Below are positions 47,912 to 60,700 of a stretch of 64,000 bases of DNA, piece by piece; within the stretch, counting starts at the first letter, position 1; the number at the start of each line of letters is the position of its first letter. The translations under genes and the position numbers were made by a program. Origin of the DNA: Raillietiella orientalis (taxonomy: Eukaryota); the NCBI GenBank assembly GCA_036172245.1, contig JAYWIR010000047.1, positions 868,001 through 932,000 of the forward strand, in the 5' to 3' direction. The notes beneath the pieces were generated by a model that saw nothing but the letters and a program-made list of their open reading frames with translations, had not been told where the DNA came from and did not search any database.

Positions 47912-50900
47912 CTCTTCTGATCCCCACATAAATTTCAATACTTCCCGTTATCCAATGTTGTTCGACGTCTTCCCCTGCTGTCCCTTCCGTTTCGTTCCAG
48001 GCTCCTTCGACGTTCCCTTCTTTCCGTAATATTAGCCGTTCCCGCTTTTCTGCACGTAACGTTCGTTTGATGATGACTCGGGTGTGCCGTATCCGAACTG
48101 GAATTTCTCATCCACTCGACGACGCCTGCAACATCCCCTCCCCTCCCCCTCCTTTCCGTTCCGCACCTACGACGTTCCTGCCGCTTCGCATGCTTTGCGG
48201 GCGAGGGAGACTTGCACCCTCCCCCCTCCTCCCCCCTTTTCCCTTTCGGCGTTTCGGGGAACCTCCGCTGCGCCGCCGTTCGCTGCCCAGCGCTCGCTCG
48301 CTCGCTCCGCTGCTTTTCGGGGGCTTTCCCGACGTTTTCGGTTTTCCGTTACGCGGATTAGGTGGCGCTGGGAGCGTGGCCGAAACGGAGGAGCCTCGAA
48401 AGGGGGCGACCGCGCGAGCACGCTCCTGCCGGCAGCTCCAGGAGGTGTCGCGGAGAGAGGAAGGGGAAAGGGGGGGAGGGTTAGTGGAGCTCCCGCTCGC
48501 GCTCCTGCATGCCAGACACGCAGGGATGGCGACCCTGCGCGTGCATGTGGTCAGCGAGAATTCCCCCCATTAGACGCTCGCCGTCCGGGTGCGGGCGGAT
48601 GTGCCAGGGCTCTCCCTCGCAGCCGGTCAAAGCTCAGGGAGCGACATAGGTATACGGGCGTGCCGTCCCGGTCGGTATTTGGAGCACGGGTGAGGCGCCT
48701 CCTCCCTTACTCAGCCCATCTTCGCCCTGAGAGAAGTCTGGACCACGCAGCAAGCACGGAATCTCCCCCAACAAATACCAGACCGGCCAAGAGCGGAAGC
48801 ACCTGTGGGCGATTTCACGGACTCTGTCTGCCCTCGACCGCGCTCCCTCGAATGGAGCTCGTGACGTCACCACCCCGTTTCTTGGTCCAGCTGAGGGTTC
48901 CCGGGCACCGCCCCAGCCGTCGTCGGTTGCCAACCTTCACTGATGCGGCCCAAACGAGGAAAGCAACGCAGTCGGGTTTCCTCGTCGCGCCCAGGGAAGT
49001 TCCCGGCACACGCCTTCCGGTGAGAACCAGGGATACCCCGCTGTCCCATGCGTCAGTGCTGCCAGGTCGAACACCTTGGTCCTCCTATGACGGCGGTAGT
49101 GGCACGGAAAAGTTCCAGGAGCTTCCACAGACATAGCTCTGGATGCCGCCCCTACAGTCTCACGTTCCATTTTGTTTTTCGCTCCGCCCTCCCAAGTACC
49201 CTCCGGTTGGGAGAGCACCCGGTAGTGCTGGCAAGAGGTGCGAGTCCCAGGAATCTAGGGAAACCACGGAGGACAGTGAGGATGCTGCACGACGTTACAG
49301 AAAGCACGGGCTCACTTGCTGCCCAGTTGCCATGCAAGCAGCAGCGACAGGTCTACCATCTTCCGCGGAGCGCTGAAGGCGCGATTGGAGATGGTGGAGG
49401 AGTAAGAAGATTCATGGATAGCTGGGATTCTTGTCCCCTCAGAATCCTTTGCCCTCGGGTCGTACTCTCCATGGTCATCTGAGGGAGGTCGCAAGGGTCA
49501 TCCGTCCCATCCTATGGGGCGGAGTGTCCGCGGCGATCGGCGGAAATGCCAGGATCGGAGCAGACAGTAGGACGCGCGAGGCGCGAAGACATCGAGACGG
49601 CGAAGCCAGCCGTGGCTATGACGACGAGAACAGTAGCCACGATGATGTGGTGGCAGCGTGGCGACGATGCCGATGATGATGGTGGTGGTGCCAGCGGCGA
49701 GGTTCACGGTGGTCGCCGGGAGACGAATTACAACTACGAGGACAGCTCTGGTGGTAGCGAGGAAGATGATGATGACAGTGATCGCCAACGATCGCGGATT
49801 TAAGCAATGGTGGTAATAGTGGACAAAGATGAGACGGCAAGTCCCTATGATAACACGGGTTCTTAAGTGGCAGCGGTCTTAAGCAGTCACTATGGCGATA
49901 GCTTCTCATCCGTGAGATGGTAGCAGCGCACGAGAGGAGGAGGAGGGAGGGGGGACGGCTGCTGGCCGGAGATTAGACGACGGAAAGACCTCTGGGTGAT
50001 CCTCCTGGGGGAAGGTGAGGTCGCGAGGCGTCACCACCCTCAAAGGTGTGTCTTTCTCTGTCCGCCCCCACGACAAATGGACCCTCGTGGCTTTGGCTTC
50101 ATTCGAGGCTGAGGGCCAACGGCAGCAGAGACCTTTGATCTGGCAGGTCTAGAGGCGTGTACGCGGCGTTGTTCCCACTGTGCTGACAGGGGCAGCCCGT
50201 GGGGAATCAGTCAGGGAAATGGGGGGATTGACGTCAGCGTGTACTTGGAGGATCGAGCGCCAAAAGAAGGTTGAAGCCAACTCTCTGTGAATCCGTCTTC
50301 GCCCCCCACGCGCTGCCTCATCGTCGCCCCCTTTCGACCTTATGGGACTCCCCTCCAGATGCGGTCTCCTCGCCATCCGGATGGCTGGGATGAGCGAGCT
50401 CCGGTGCCGCCCTCTTCCTGTGGCGATCGGGAGCAGCGAGGTGGTTACGGTTCAGTTCCTATCCGGGAAGGGATCACCTAAAGGGTCCCCGAGAGGTCGT
50501 CCACTGTCGACCTGCCTGCGGCCGCAGGAGCATCCGGGCCTTGCATCGGGAAGTCCGTGTCCGGGGGACGGACTTGCCCCCCAACGCTCCAACGACTTGA
50601 GATCCCAACCATGACTGCTGAGCAGAGGACTCGGAGGTCAGTGTGGCTAGTAAAACTCGGCCTACTCAGAAGCCACCCCCTTCGCCGCGGCAGCGACCTC
50701 CGCTTTCAAGGCACAGGACGCCTGCCCACCGGCTGGCTAGATAGGAGATTTCCGCGAGACATCAGGGTGCCCCCCCCCCTCGGTGACTGGACCGGCGTCA
50801 GCTTGCTGACGGCGTGGCACGACCGCCACATCGTACCCCGCTCCCGAAGGGCCCGCCTACAGCGCTGATCTCCCGGACATACCTGTCCGAAATACTTTGA

Positions 50901-52842
50901 GATGCGTTCGGTGCTGATGGCTATGCGTTCGGACCTCCTCCCCCGGGACGGTCTCCGGCACCGCTGGAGCGGGGGGTCGTGGAGACTGTGCCGAATGCGG
51001 CGAGGTCGAATCCCCTCCTCCTCCCCGTGGAAGATGCGCGGCCCCTTCCCGCTCCCGGCGCAGAATCCCAGGGTCGTGCTGAAGCGCCTCTTCGTGCCAG
51101 GTGAAACGTTGTTGCGGTCCGCTGCGGTCGCGGTTCCTCGCCACCGTCCGCCGCGGTGGAAGCCGCTCGAACGGACGCTGAGAGAAAGCACACCGCTGCC
51201 TCCAGGGGGGGCGATCCCCTTCCTCCCACGGCATCCCGAAGGCCTCATCCACTCAGCGGCATCAGAAGGAACTTGCTACCGTCCTGAAAAGGGTGCAAGG
51301 GACCCGTGGAGACAGACGATGATCCCTTCCCTTCCTCCCTTCTTCCCCCGGCAACTCGAAGAACTTGTAAACACTTTTATTTACACACGCATTTTTATTC
51401 TCCGACCCTCTGTTTCCGTTCTGGACCTCGCGGGCTTCCTCCGGGAATTTTTGGGTTCGGACGTGAAGTCCTGCCGTCTTTGAACGTTTATTGACCGGTT
51501 TCGTCTACGAGCGACACCTCTCAATGCGAAGGAGCGCGCGCGGTGGATGCATGCGTGTCATCATCTACACAAAGCGAGCGCGAACCCACTCCGATGGCAG
51601 GGAAGTCTTGCAGGAGAGAGGGAGGGAGGGGGGAGGCTCTCGAGAGCCTAGTCTGTCCAGGGATCGCCCAAGGGAACGCTCCTCCGAGTCGCGTAGTCGG
51701 CGTGAAATCGAACACGAGATAAGAATTCCTTTCTTCCGCGGAGAGAGGGAGCGCCAACCAGTTGGATGCCGGGAGAAGTTCGTCGCCTCCTTCTCGGGTT
51801 CTCAAGGAACCCGTGCCCGGTGCGAACCGGGCGCGTCTGAGCAGAGGTCCCCCCACCACTTTCAGAGCGGCAGCGAGGAAATAGAATAATCGCCCAAGCG
51901 GCGGGTCTTCCTTGGGATCTTGTTGCGTTGCCCATCGGTCGAAGCCGAACGGAGTCGGCGAGGCCCATTCAGAGTGGGGAAGGAGATGTGAAAGGCCTTG
52001 GAGGTCTACTTCGATCACGTTGGGTCATCCAGCATGAATCTGACAAGTCAAGGCCAGCTGGAGCTTTCATTATGCGATGGTAGTTTCGCACCTCAAGGTC
52101 ACTCGATGCTCTGGAAACCAGTCTCCTGCCCCATTCGCGCGCTCGCATCCATGGATCCGAAAGTGAGTTTCGGCTGATGGCGAGAAAGATTTTCCGAACC
52201 CAACATTCCAGAAAGAGATCCTCACCATTGGTTAATTTTGGACAGATCCACTGCTGAGACGCGGGCAACTTTTTCGCAAACAGTGGGTGCTTTGAGGGTC
52301 TCCTTTTTTATTAATATATATATACATAGCATGAGAGAGCAATGTGCTGCTGTGCTTTTTTGGAACCTGCATGAAGCGTTTAAGAGCCTGCTCCAACATC
52401 CACGTATGCTCAATGAACATTTCCAGAACCTTTTGAGCAACTCCAATATTGTGTTGCTAATCAACTTACTAAATTGCTTTCTTCCTGCTTCGTTCATAGT
52501 ACTTCGCTCGTCAGAAGAAATAGAAAGAAAACCCAAATGAAACAAGCAAAAACAGGAAAAGAAAGAAAGAAAGAAAGAAAAAAAGCGTCCATGGCTTCTT
52601 CGTGTGACGGAAAAGCGCGTTTCGTCGTGGATGCGCAGCTTACGGCCCTCGAAATTAGATGGCAGCACCCGAGGCGTCTTCATATACGAGGAGTAGTCTG
52701 TGCGGAACGCTGTGCGTGTGTGGGGGCGCTCGGGTAGCAGTGCGCCGTGCGCTGCAATATCTGTGCTCATGGTTTGGTGCGTATGGAAAGTTTCTTGCCT
52801 ATGTTCGGAAGTGCAGTCCTGTTCTCCAGTGCTGTGCTGAGA

Positions 52843-54606
52843 ATGAGGGAGAGAAATAAGCGATCTGGCCACCGGAAATCACGCAGCAAGTGGAGTGATA
52901 GCAGCAGCTCTCCACAAAGTACGATCGGCGAACCTCTCTGCGCATCACCTGCTGGTGACTCTTTGAGATCAACCTCCGGCCGAAACTCCATAGCAAGCTG
53001 CAAGAGTGACCCGGAAGACAGCCAAGGAGACACCCTCAAGTCTTCCCCCGACGAAGGTTCCGAAGCGTCATGCACGTCCGTCTCTTCGAAGACCGAACTA
53101 GTGGAAGAAACGCATTATCTTACCTCCAATTCCGAACTGTCATTGAACTGTGCGGAGGTCCCTCTTCGCTATCTTGATGTCGTCAACACCGATGATTCCT
53201 TGTTTGAAGAACTCAGTTGCCACCTCTCTCTGACTTCAGGATCCGAACGCCTAAACAACTCCGACTTGAGATTCCGCAACTGCAGCACCTCGTGCAAGAA
53301 TCACGAGTCCTGCAAAGAGCTCGAACGGTCGAGTGACCATTCCGATCGCAGTGACGTACGATCGAACGTGAGCTCCGCGGCCACGGATTCAGATTCGACG
53401 TCCATCCAGAACTCCCAGCGTAACCATGCCTTCCTCACCAACGACAACGTCGACAGCGGACGCAACCTGCAAGAGGACGAGGAATTCCCGTTCGAGAGCA
53501 TGCTGGAAGTCGCCTTCGGGTTTTCTTTGCACATCACCTACCTGGTGCTGAGGTGCATTCTGGCAAAGTTCTTTTATGTGGCCGAAGTCTTGACGGCTCT
53601 CTGGAGCACCACGCTGCAGTTCATCGACATGGCTGCAGTGCGAGCCGTTTTGAGTGAGCGGGAGTCCCATCCCGGTGGATAGGATTTTAAGTCGTCTGGT
53701 TTTCCAGAGTTCGCGAACCACCAGGGGAAACGGTTGCCGTACAAATTCATGCCGAGTAAGTTCGGGAGGATGGTGAACAAGACCAGCGTCCCGTGGGTCC
53801 TGGGAGCTGTGTCTTTCGTGTGCTTCTGCGTGATTCTGATGTGCGGCATGGGCCTGCTTGCTGTTGTGCTGCTGCCCTTGGTACCCCTGGTGATATCCGC
53901 AGGTAAGACGGTTGCTGTGCTTCCCGTGCGCGGCCCCGCTGACCGCGATTGAAGCCGGAAAGCCCCGTGGCTTCATCTCTTTTTTTTTTTCTTTTTTTTT
54001 TTTTTTTAACCAGAATGCACGCCAGCGCTGCCCCGCCAAACCCGGCGAAGAATTCTGCGCCTTCCTAATTCTGGCGTTCCGCGCACGTCGAGTCCCGGCG
54101 GTGGTGGAGCTGGGTGGAGTTCCTTCACACCGCGCGGGCTGAGGTGTACTCCCGCCGTCCGCGTGACAACTCCTTTGAAAACCGGGAACGCGTCGAACTG
54201 CTGCACGCATCTCGAGACCCCCCCCCCCCCTTCTCCCGGTGCGCGCGGGCGCCCGCGCCAAAAACAAAATAAAGTAAAAAAACGGGCGCTTCCGAACGGC
54301 CGGCCACGGCACCGTGTGCACATCCCCCCCCCCCCGCGGTTTGCGGGCGCAGTTCTTCGCGCGCAATGTCGGTGCTGACTGTTCTGTTCCTCAGGTTCCC
54401 TGTTGCTCCTTTTCTGCCTGGTCGTTTTCAACGTCGGCGTGATGAGCATTTTCGGTATCTTCATGGTGGCGGTCACGTTGTATTTCGCTCGCGTGGTCCT
54501 CCTCGCCATGCACCAAACCATGCAGAATGGCCGCCATTACTTCGTACACCGGACCACTTCGCTGCTCACCAACGTTTGGAGATTCATGGAGCAGGCAGAA
54601 AAGTGA
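52843..54606 (+). CDS. Membrane protein of about 405 aa with a Ser-rich N-terminus and a promethin/LDAF1 (TMEM159)-like hydrophobic C-terminal region
   Basis: Exons 52843-53653 (A|gtgagc), 53708-53902 (G|gtaaga) and 54395-54606 (branch gctgac, cctcag|; TGA) total 1218 nt in frame. An alternative ATG lies at 52783. The gene model is well supported. The family call rests on the recalled similarity of LLAVVLLPLVPLVISAGSLLLLFCL to promethin LLGVIILEGLVISVGGFSLLCIL and is tentative. Confidence 0.75.
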
Positions 54607-54706
54607 TCTGTGCCTTTGGTCATGCATGTGCCATGTTTTTTCGAATGTTGAAAAATTTTCTTTCGTTGTTTCGTTTTTTTTCTTTCTCTCTCTCTTCCCC
54701 CGTATC

Positions 54707-54712
54707 ATTAAA
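54707..54712 (+). promoter_or_regulatory. Candidate polyadenylation signal (ATTAAA) of the promethin-like gene
   Basis: ATTAAA lies about 100 nt after the stop codon, in a T-rich 3' region. Confidence 0.35.
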
Positions 54713-57700
54713 GCAGAAGATTTTCTTGTAATTGCATCATTTTAGCTGCACAGAGTTCGCCAGATTCCTTCGCCGCTTATCATGAAATCCTTTTCTGTAC
54801 ACAAGCATCGGGTAGCTGCATGTGCCCGGGTGATCGCACGCCAGTCGCCTTGAGTCATCCGTAAGGATGCAGCAGTGGGGAGATGAGAGCAAGGTTCCGG
54901 TGTTGAGGAGAAAACTGCCTGCGCAGACTGTGCTCTCGCTGCTTCCTCTCCCTCCCCTTATCTTTTTCCTGCTATTCTCTTGCATCTGGGTCATCCGGAT
55001 GGCACGTGGATACTTATCTTCGGGGAAAGCAAACAAACGGCTCTACCCGGCCTGCCGAGGACAGTGCGCGCGCAACCCCTGCGCCGTCCATGCCGTCCTG
55101 AGGCCGTCTCGTTGGCTCCGCAGCTGCTTTGCGGGGTTCCTCATCCTCGAGAGCTCCGTGAGAAAGACGTGCAGATCTCAAGTTCGGCCGGTTCCACGCT
55201 CACCAGGCAAAACGGCGACAGGTAGAGCTCGACTGCTCTGATCGGAATTTCACGCAGGAACAACTGGGATCTTCTGATGCGGGAGGGAGAACACTTGAGG
55301 TTCGGGGGAGGAAGGGGCTGCAGTGAAAGGGAGCGTGAGTGGAGCTCTCGAGGAAGAAGGCTAGCAAGTAGGCCAGGACTGGCGAAGCAGCAAGGGGAAT
55401 GGAAAAGGAAAAACATGGCGGAGCGGCGCCCCTACGCGGCATGGTTGCGTTTGCTTCCTCTTAGAGGCTCAAGTGGTGGGTGCACCTTGTCGCGCACAAT
55501 GCGGGGGCGTGGGGGATAGGGGGTGGGAAGGGGGGGAGGGCATTGTCGAGCCAGGTCATTTTAGCGAGTGCGCCAGATGCTGCCTCGTGGCAGGGGGGAG
55601 CCGTGCTCTTCTCTTGTTCAATGCTTCCTCGTCTCCGGGGAGATGGACGAGCTCTGGTTCTGCAGGGAGCCGAAGCTAATCCTTGAGTGGTAGCGGCGCC
55701 GGTGGATGCCGTCTGCCCGTGATAGCACAGGCGCCGGAGAGAAGGTGTCTGGAGCTCTCGATGGGACCCATCCGGCTTTCCTGTCGTCGTTCATCGCAGC
55801 TGGACGTGGCCCCTGCGGCAGTAACCTAACTGGTTCACCTCGCCGACCGGAGGGCACATCCAGGCTCCTCTCCCTACCCTCCTTCCTGCTGCTGCTGTGC
55901 CGCAACAAACAGCTTCCCTCCGAAGGTGTCTCACCGTCGTGCAGGTACTGTAACACGCATTCTCCGCGCTCTCATCACGCATCTGCTCTTGCCTCCACCT
56001 GCGGGGCGTGAGCGCGAGCACGTGAGAGAGGCCGACCCAACACCGTTCCTGCCATCCACCCCCCATTCGCACCCCCTCGCCTCCCCCAGATCATTCGCCT
56101 GGGAGGCGCACTCGGAACCTGTCGCCGTTGCGAGAGATCTCGGGAGCGCGGAGCCGCGAAGCATTCCACCGTGTTCGCGCTCGCTGCTGCGCAGGGGGGA
56201 AGAGTATAAGTTCGCAGAACTTTCCGCGCATGCGTGCGCGCCCTTCCATCGCTGCGAGGCTCGGCGGCGACCGCCGTCACCAGCCCGTCCCCTCGATGAC
56301 CTTGAGGTAACCTTGAGGACGCAGTGAGGCCGCGCGCCGCTCGGTCTGTCAAAAACGGAGGTGATTCACGCGCGGCGCGAGGAGGAGGATCAACCGGGAC
56401 TCGCGACCCAAAGGTTCCATCTCGTCCTCCTCCCTCCTCCCCTCTTTCCCCTCAGAGGTCGAGGGGGAGAGGAGGGAGAAGGAAGTGAATCGCCCCACAT
56501 CCCAGGAGTCTTTCCTGGAGAAGCACACGTCGCGTGGGCAGGACTCCAAGAACCTTGTGCGCGCAGGTACCACGACGTCCTTCCCCTCCTCCTCCCTACC
56601 CGGCAAAGGTGACGGCGGCGGCGGCGGCGGATGTGCGTGTCCCTTCCGCTTCCGCCCTGCCCCGGCGGCATCCGGGAGGACTTCTGAGGCCGGCACGGGA
56701 GGAAGAGGGGGGGGGGTCCGCTCAGCCCCGTTCCGTGCAGTCCTTTACCGGGGCAACAGCGGCTACGGTGCTCCCCGTGGAAGACACCCGGCACGCTGAG
56801 CGCACGCAAGGGGGCGGCGTGTCGTGCCGGCAAAGTCACTTGGATGAATGCGGCCTCCCCCTTAGCCAGGGCGTCTTGTGCAAGGGCCGGTGGCGTGCAT
56901 AGGGCCCGCCGCCTGCCGCTCTGCACACATCCCCGTTTCCTAGCAACGCCAGAAGGGTGGAGGGTGGGGTGGGGAGAGGAGAAGACAAAGCAAAGCGATG
57001 CCAACCGGAGCACGAGTTGGTGTCGGCTTGGCACGGCGGCTGACAATCCTGGTCCTCCCCCGCTGGGGAGGAAGCGCGGGAGAAGATGATGTGCCTCCTT
57101 CCATGGGTTGGCGTAGGCGGGATGCTGCTCCTGCTGTCTTGCCCCCATCCGCTGCGGGAGGGTGGGAGACTCCTCTTGCCCGTCGATCTCTGGGACTCTT
57201 GGCGTCGGAAGGCCTGCCTTCCCCTTCGCCCTCTTCGTTCCCCTCCTGGCTTCGGGATTGCCCTTCCTCCTCGGTGAGGGAAATTCCGGCCCGACTGCAA
57301 CGGCTCGCCCCGCGAGGTTGGGGGTTCCTCCCCCCCCACCCACCGGCGATGGGGCACTATTGGAGGCGGCCGGGAAGGACAGGGGGAAGCGCTGGCATGC
57401 GCACAGGGGGCCGCCGTATGAGGGCTTCCAATCGTGCCCCCGCACGGACAGCCTTCCTTCTCCCGAACCTCTTCCTCAGTCCTCCGTGTGGGTGGGACCG
57501 GAGAGACCTCTTTCTGGGGTGGTGGCCAAGGGATGGCTCCCAACAGCATCCGTTCTATGTCAGCACGGTCTGACCCGGGGCTGCGCCTCGATGGCTGGGG
57601 TGGATGCACGCCTCGTGGGGACCGTCACTCCGACCCTTATCGACGCGCTCCGGGAAGGGTCCGGGAGGGCGAGGAAGGGGTGAGGGGAGGCAACGGAAGA

Positions 57701-60700
57701 GCCGAAGGCCGTGAGTTCTCCGAGGGACGTGGCGGTTGTCTGCCGCCGCTTCGATCGCGGTCGCTGAGGAGACGACGGCTCTGCGTGTGGGCACGGCGTA
57801 ACCCAGGACAACCGACAGGGAAGCTCCCGCCTAAGCGGGAAACGCCTCGGTCTCCGTTCTCCGCCCTGGACCGTCCTCCCTCTCTGCCTTTCCCGGACGG
57901 AAAGGAGGGCCGTTCCTCCGCTTCCGGTCCCTTCGCGGCGTCCTCCGGACCGACTCCTGCCAAACCAGGGAGCGGGCTGTTCCCCTCCCCTCCCCCTTCT
58001 CCCCACCAGAAAGATCGGCGCGAGAGATGCAAACCCACGCCGCCGTCTTCTCGAGGCGTCAGGTCGCCGCCGATCCGGTCAACGGGAGGAGGACCTCTGC
58101 GCCTGCGCGAACCGCACCTCTTTTGAACCGTTGTCCTGCCCACTCGCTGCCTCCGGTTGAGAGGCTCACGCGCAGCGGGCGAACGTCCGCAGCACCTGTT
58201 GGGGGAGGTGCGGCCGCCGCGCCTACAGGTGCTGTGGACGGACTCCACTGCTGCTCCGCTTGGGGCGCTCGGAAGGCACACGCGCGGCCTCGTCGCCGAC
58301 AGCGGCAGGCACTGACGCCTTTCGCCAAGATGCCCGGCGACCTTCCCCCGAGGAGGCGCGCTCTCTCCTCTTTCCCCAGATGCGTCCCGGTTCTTCTCCC
58401 TTTTCCACCGGGCGGGCGCACGTGTCCCCGGCTGAGGGGGTGGGGGGAAGGTCGCTCCGCTGCATTCTACCGTCCCCGAGAGGGCGCGTGGAGCTACTCG
58501 CGAGGCAACAGAGCGCGCAAGGCGCCCAGCAGTCGACCGCTTTCTCCTCTCCTAAAGGAACTCCCTTGCCCCCTCACTCGCCCTGTTTCGACCTCCAAAC
58601 CTGAGGGGGAACAACTGCGGCATTCGCGTTGACCTTGAAGGAACCACCGTTCCGCTTCGGGCGAAGTGAGGGAGGGAGAAGGGAGGTGGGTAGGGATGCA
58701 CGGGCACGCTCCTCGCCGCTTCTTGAATCTTACGCCGGAAGGGCGGACGCTGCGCGAGAACAGACGGAGCTCACGACCTCCTCTTCGCGCTCGTTTCCCG
58801 TTCCTCCGGAAGACACGTAAACACAGTCGGGGAGGCGGTTGGGTGCCACTGCACAGTGCAAGGCGCCGACGCTTTGCTCCGGGAATGCGCGTTCCCCTGT
58901 TAATGCGCGCGCAGAACCCCTCCCCCACCCCTCCTCCTTCCCTCCTCGCCCGTGCGTTCCCGCTTAGGCATTGACCAGCGCCTGCTGCATATCGGTGTGG
59001 GAAGAAGGACCTGGGACCGTGAGAAAGGGGAGTGGAAGGGAAGCGGATCTACCTCCTTCTCTCTTTGTCTGTTAGGGGTCTCCCCACCAACTGTGCTTCC
59101 GAGTCCAGGTGGCTGTCTCGCTTTCATCCCCCTCTGCAGTTCCCACTGGCGACAGCAGCCTAGTCCGCTGCCCCCGTGGGGAAGAGGGGGGGGGGGCGAA
59201 AGGAGATAAAGGGGAAGGAATCACCACCTGGCGCTTGGGACCGCCCTCAACTGCGTCGCACCGTCATCCTTCCTCCGCGACTACAGGTCATCGCCCTGCC
59301 CCGGGGGCGCACGCGTCCTTCTTGCCACGGACGAATGATGATGACCTCATTCCTCTGCCTTGCGTTCTCTCCGGAAGGAAGCGACCCCACCTGCTCCTAC
59401 TCGACCGGGTGGCGCCATTGCGCCCTAATCCTCGCGACCTGCCCTGGGTCTTCGCCGCCGTTCACGGCAAAGAGCGCGCTCCCGTGCCTGCAGTCGCGAG
59501 GTCGCCGGACTGCCTGCGCCGGCCTCTGTGTGGCTGACGGTTTCGTGGAGCTGCCGGAAAGGGGGAGGGGGTGGGAAGGAAGGAAGGAGGGATATACTTC
59601 TGGAGCAGTTGGTCTTTCTGCACCGTTTCCAGATGATATCCGTCCCTCACGGACTCTCGGCAGTGGCGATTTTCCTGGAATTGTTCTTAAACGATTTCCC
59701 CAGTATGGTCAAGATGAAAGACCGCCCGGTAGACGGTCTTTCATTCCTCCGCCACCCCACCCCGGATCGAGCGATGAGGTCAGCGATGACCTCGTGGAGT
59801 CCTCCTCCCTTCTTTCCCTTCTCCCGGCCGGTCTCCCGGTCACCCGCTGGATCTGGCCGATAACATCGCCCTTGCTCCTCCAGCTGCTCGTTGCCACGGA
59901 AACGGGGCGCCGCGCCGCTACTCTCCTGTGCAAGAACCGCTGCTTTCACAGGTCCCCAGAGCATTTGGATGGGCCGCCCGGCAGGCAGCGGTAACAAGAG
60001 GCGAGGACAGCCACTGACTTTCATGGCTTCCCCGCCCGAGGGTTTCAGTGGCAAGTTCCTTAACCATGCTGCGGAGCCGTAGGTCGCGAGAGTCCGAGAA
60101 CGCAAGGAAGGGCTCCAGGAGCTGTAGGGACGGTAGGACCGCTTTGGTATAGTGTGCATCCGGAAATGAAACCCCCCAGGCAGTTGCTCAACTCTGGTAG
60201 CTCCAGGGAGACTGCAAGAGTCTGCAGAGAGGAGGTAGGGGAGGGAGAGGCCAGATCAGCGAGGGAGCAGTTGCTAAGCTCTCCAGAGGATGAGAAACAG
60301 GCGGTGAGGGTTCTCATCGGCGAGGGACGTCCGGAGGGATCTGTTTATGTACTTCTCTGCCCATTGAGAACCCCTGGAGGAGGCCCGGTGTGGCTCACGC
60401 GGGAAGTTGAGGTCCGGTGAGTGCGGCTCAGAGAGCCACCGACGGCGGCGAACTTCCCGAAGTCCCGCCGACCCCACGAGCACCTCAAGGAGGCACTGAT
60501 GGTCCGCACTCGCGGACCATCAGTGCCCTCCGATCCACCAGTACGGTCTCGTGCGCGAGCGCATCGCTCCCAGATCTGTTCGTGCGGTCGCCCTCGGGCG
60601 AAAGTCTCCACTTGCTCCTCCAGCCTTCGCGGATTGGTTGCCGTCGTAACTCTCTCTCGGAGGAGCGCAAGGTGGCAACAGCGCGGTTCCTCGGTCTTTG

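Noticed and set aside
42900..51900. Many 100-350 aa ORFs on both strands
   Set aside because: No domain, consistent codon bias or splice chain could be supported. A hidden gene cannot be excluded.
53389..54366. 325-aa minus-strand ORF
   Set aside because: It is antisense to the promethin-like exons and runs across that gene's intronic T-run.
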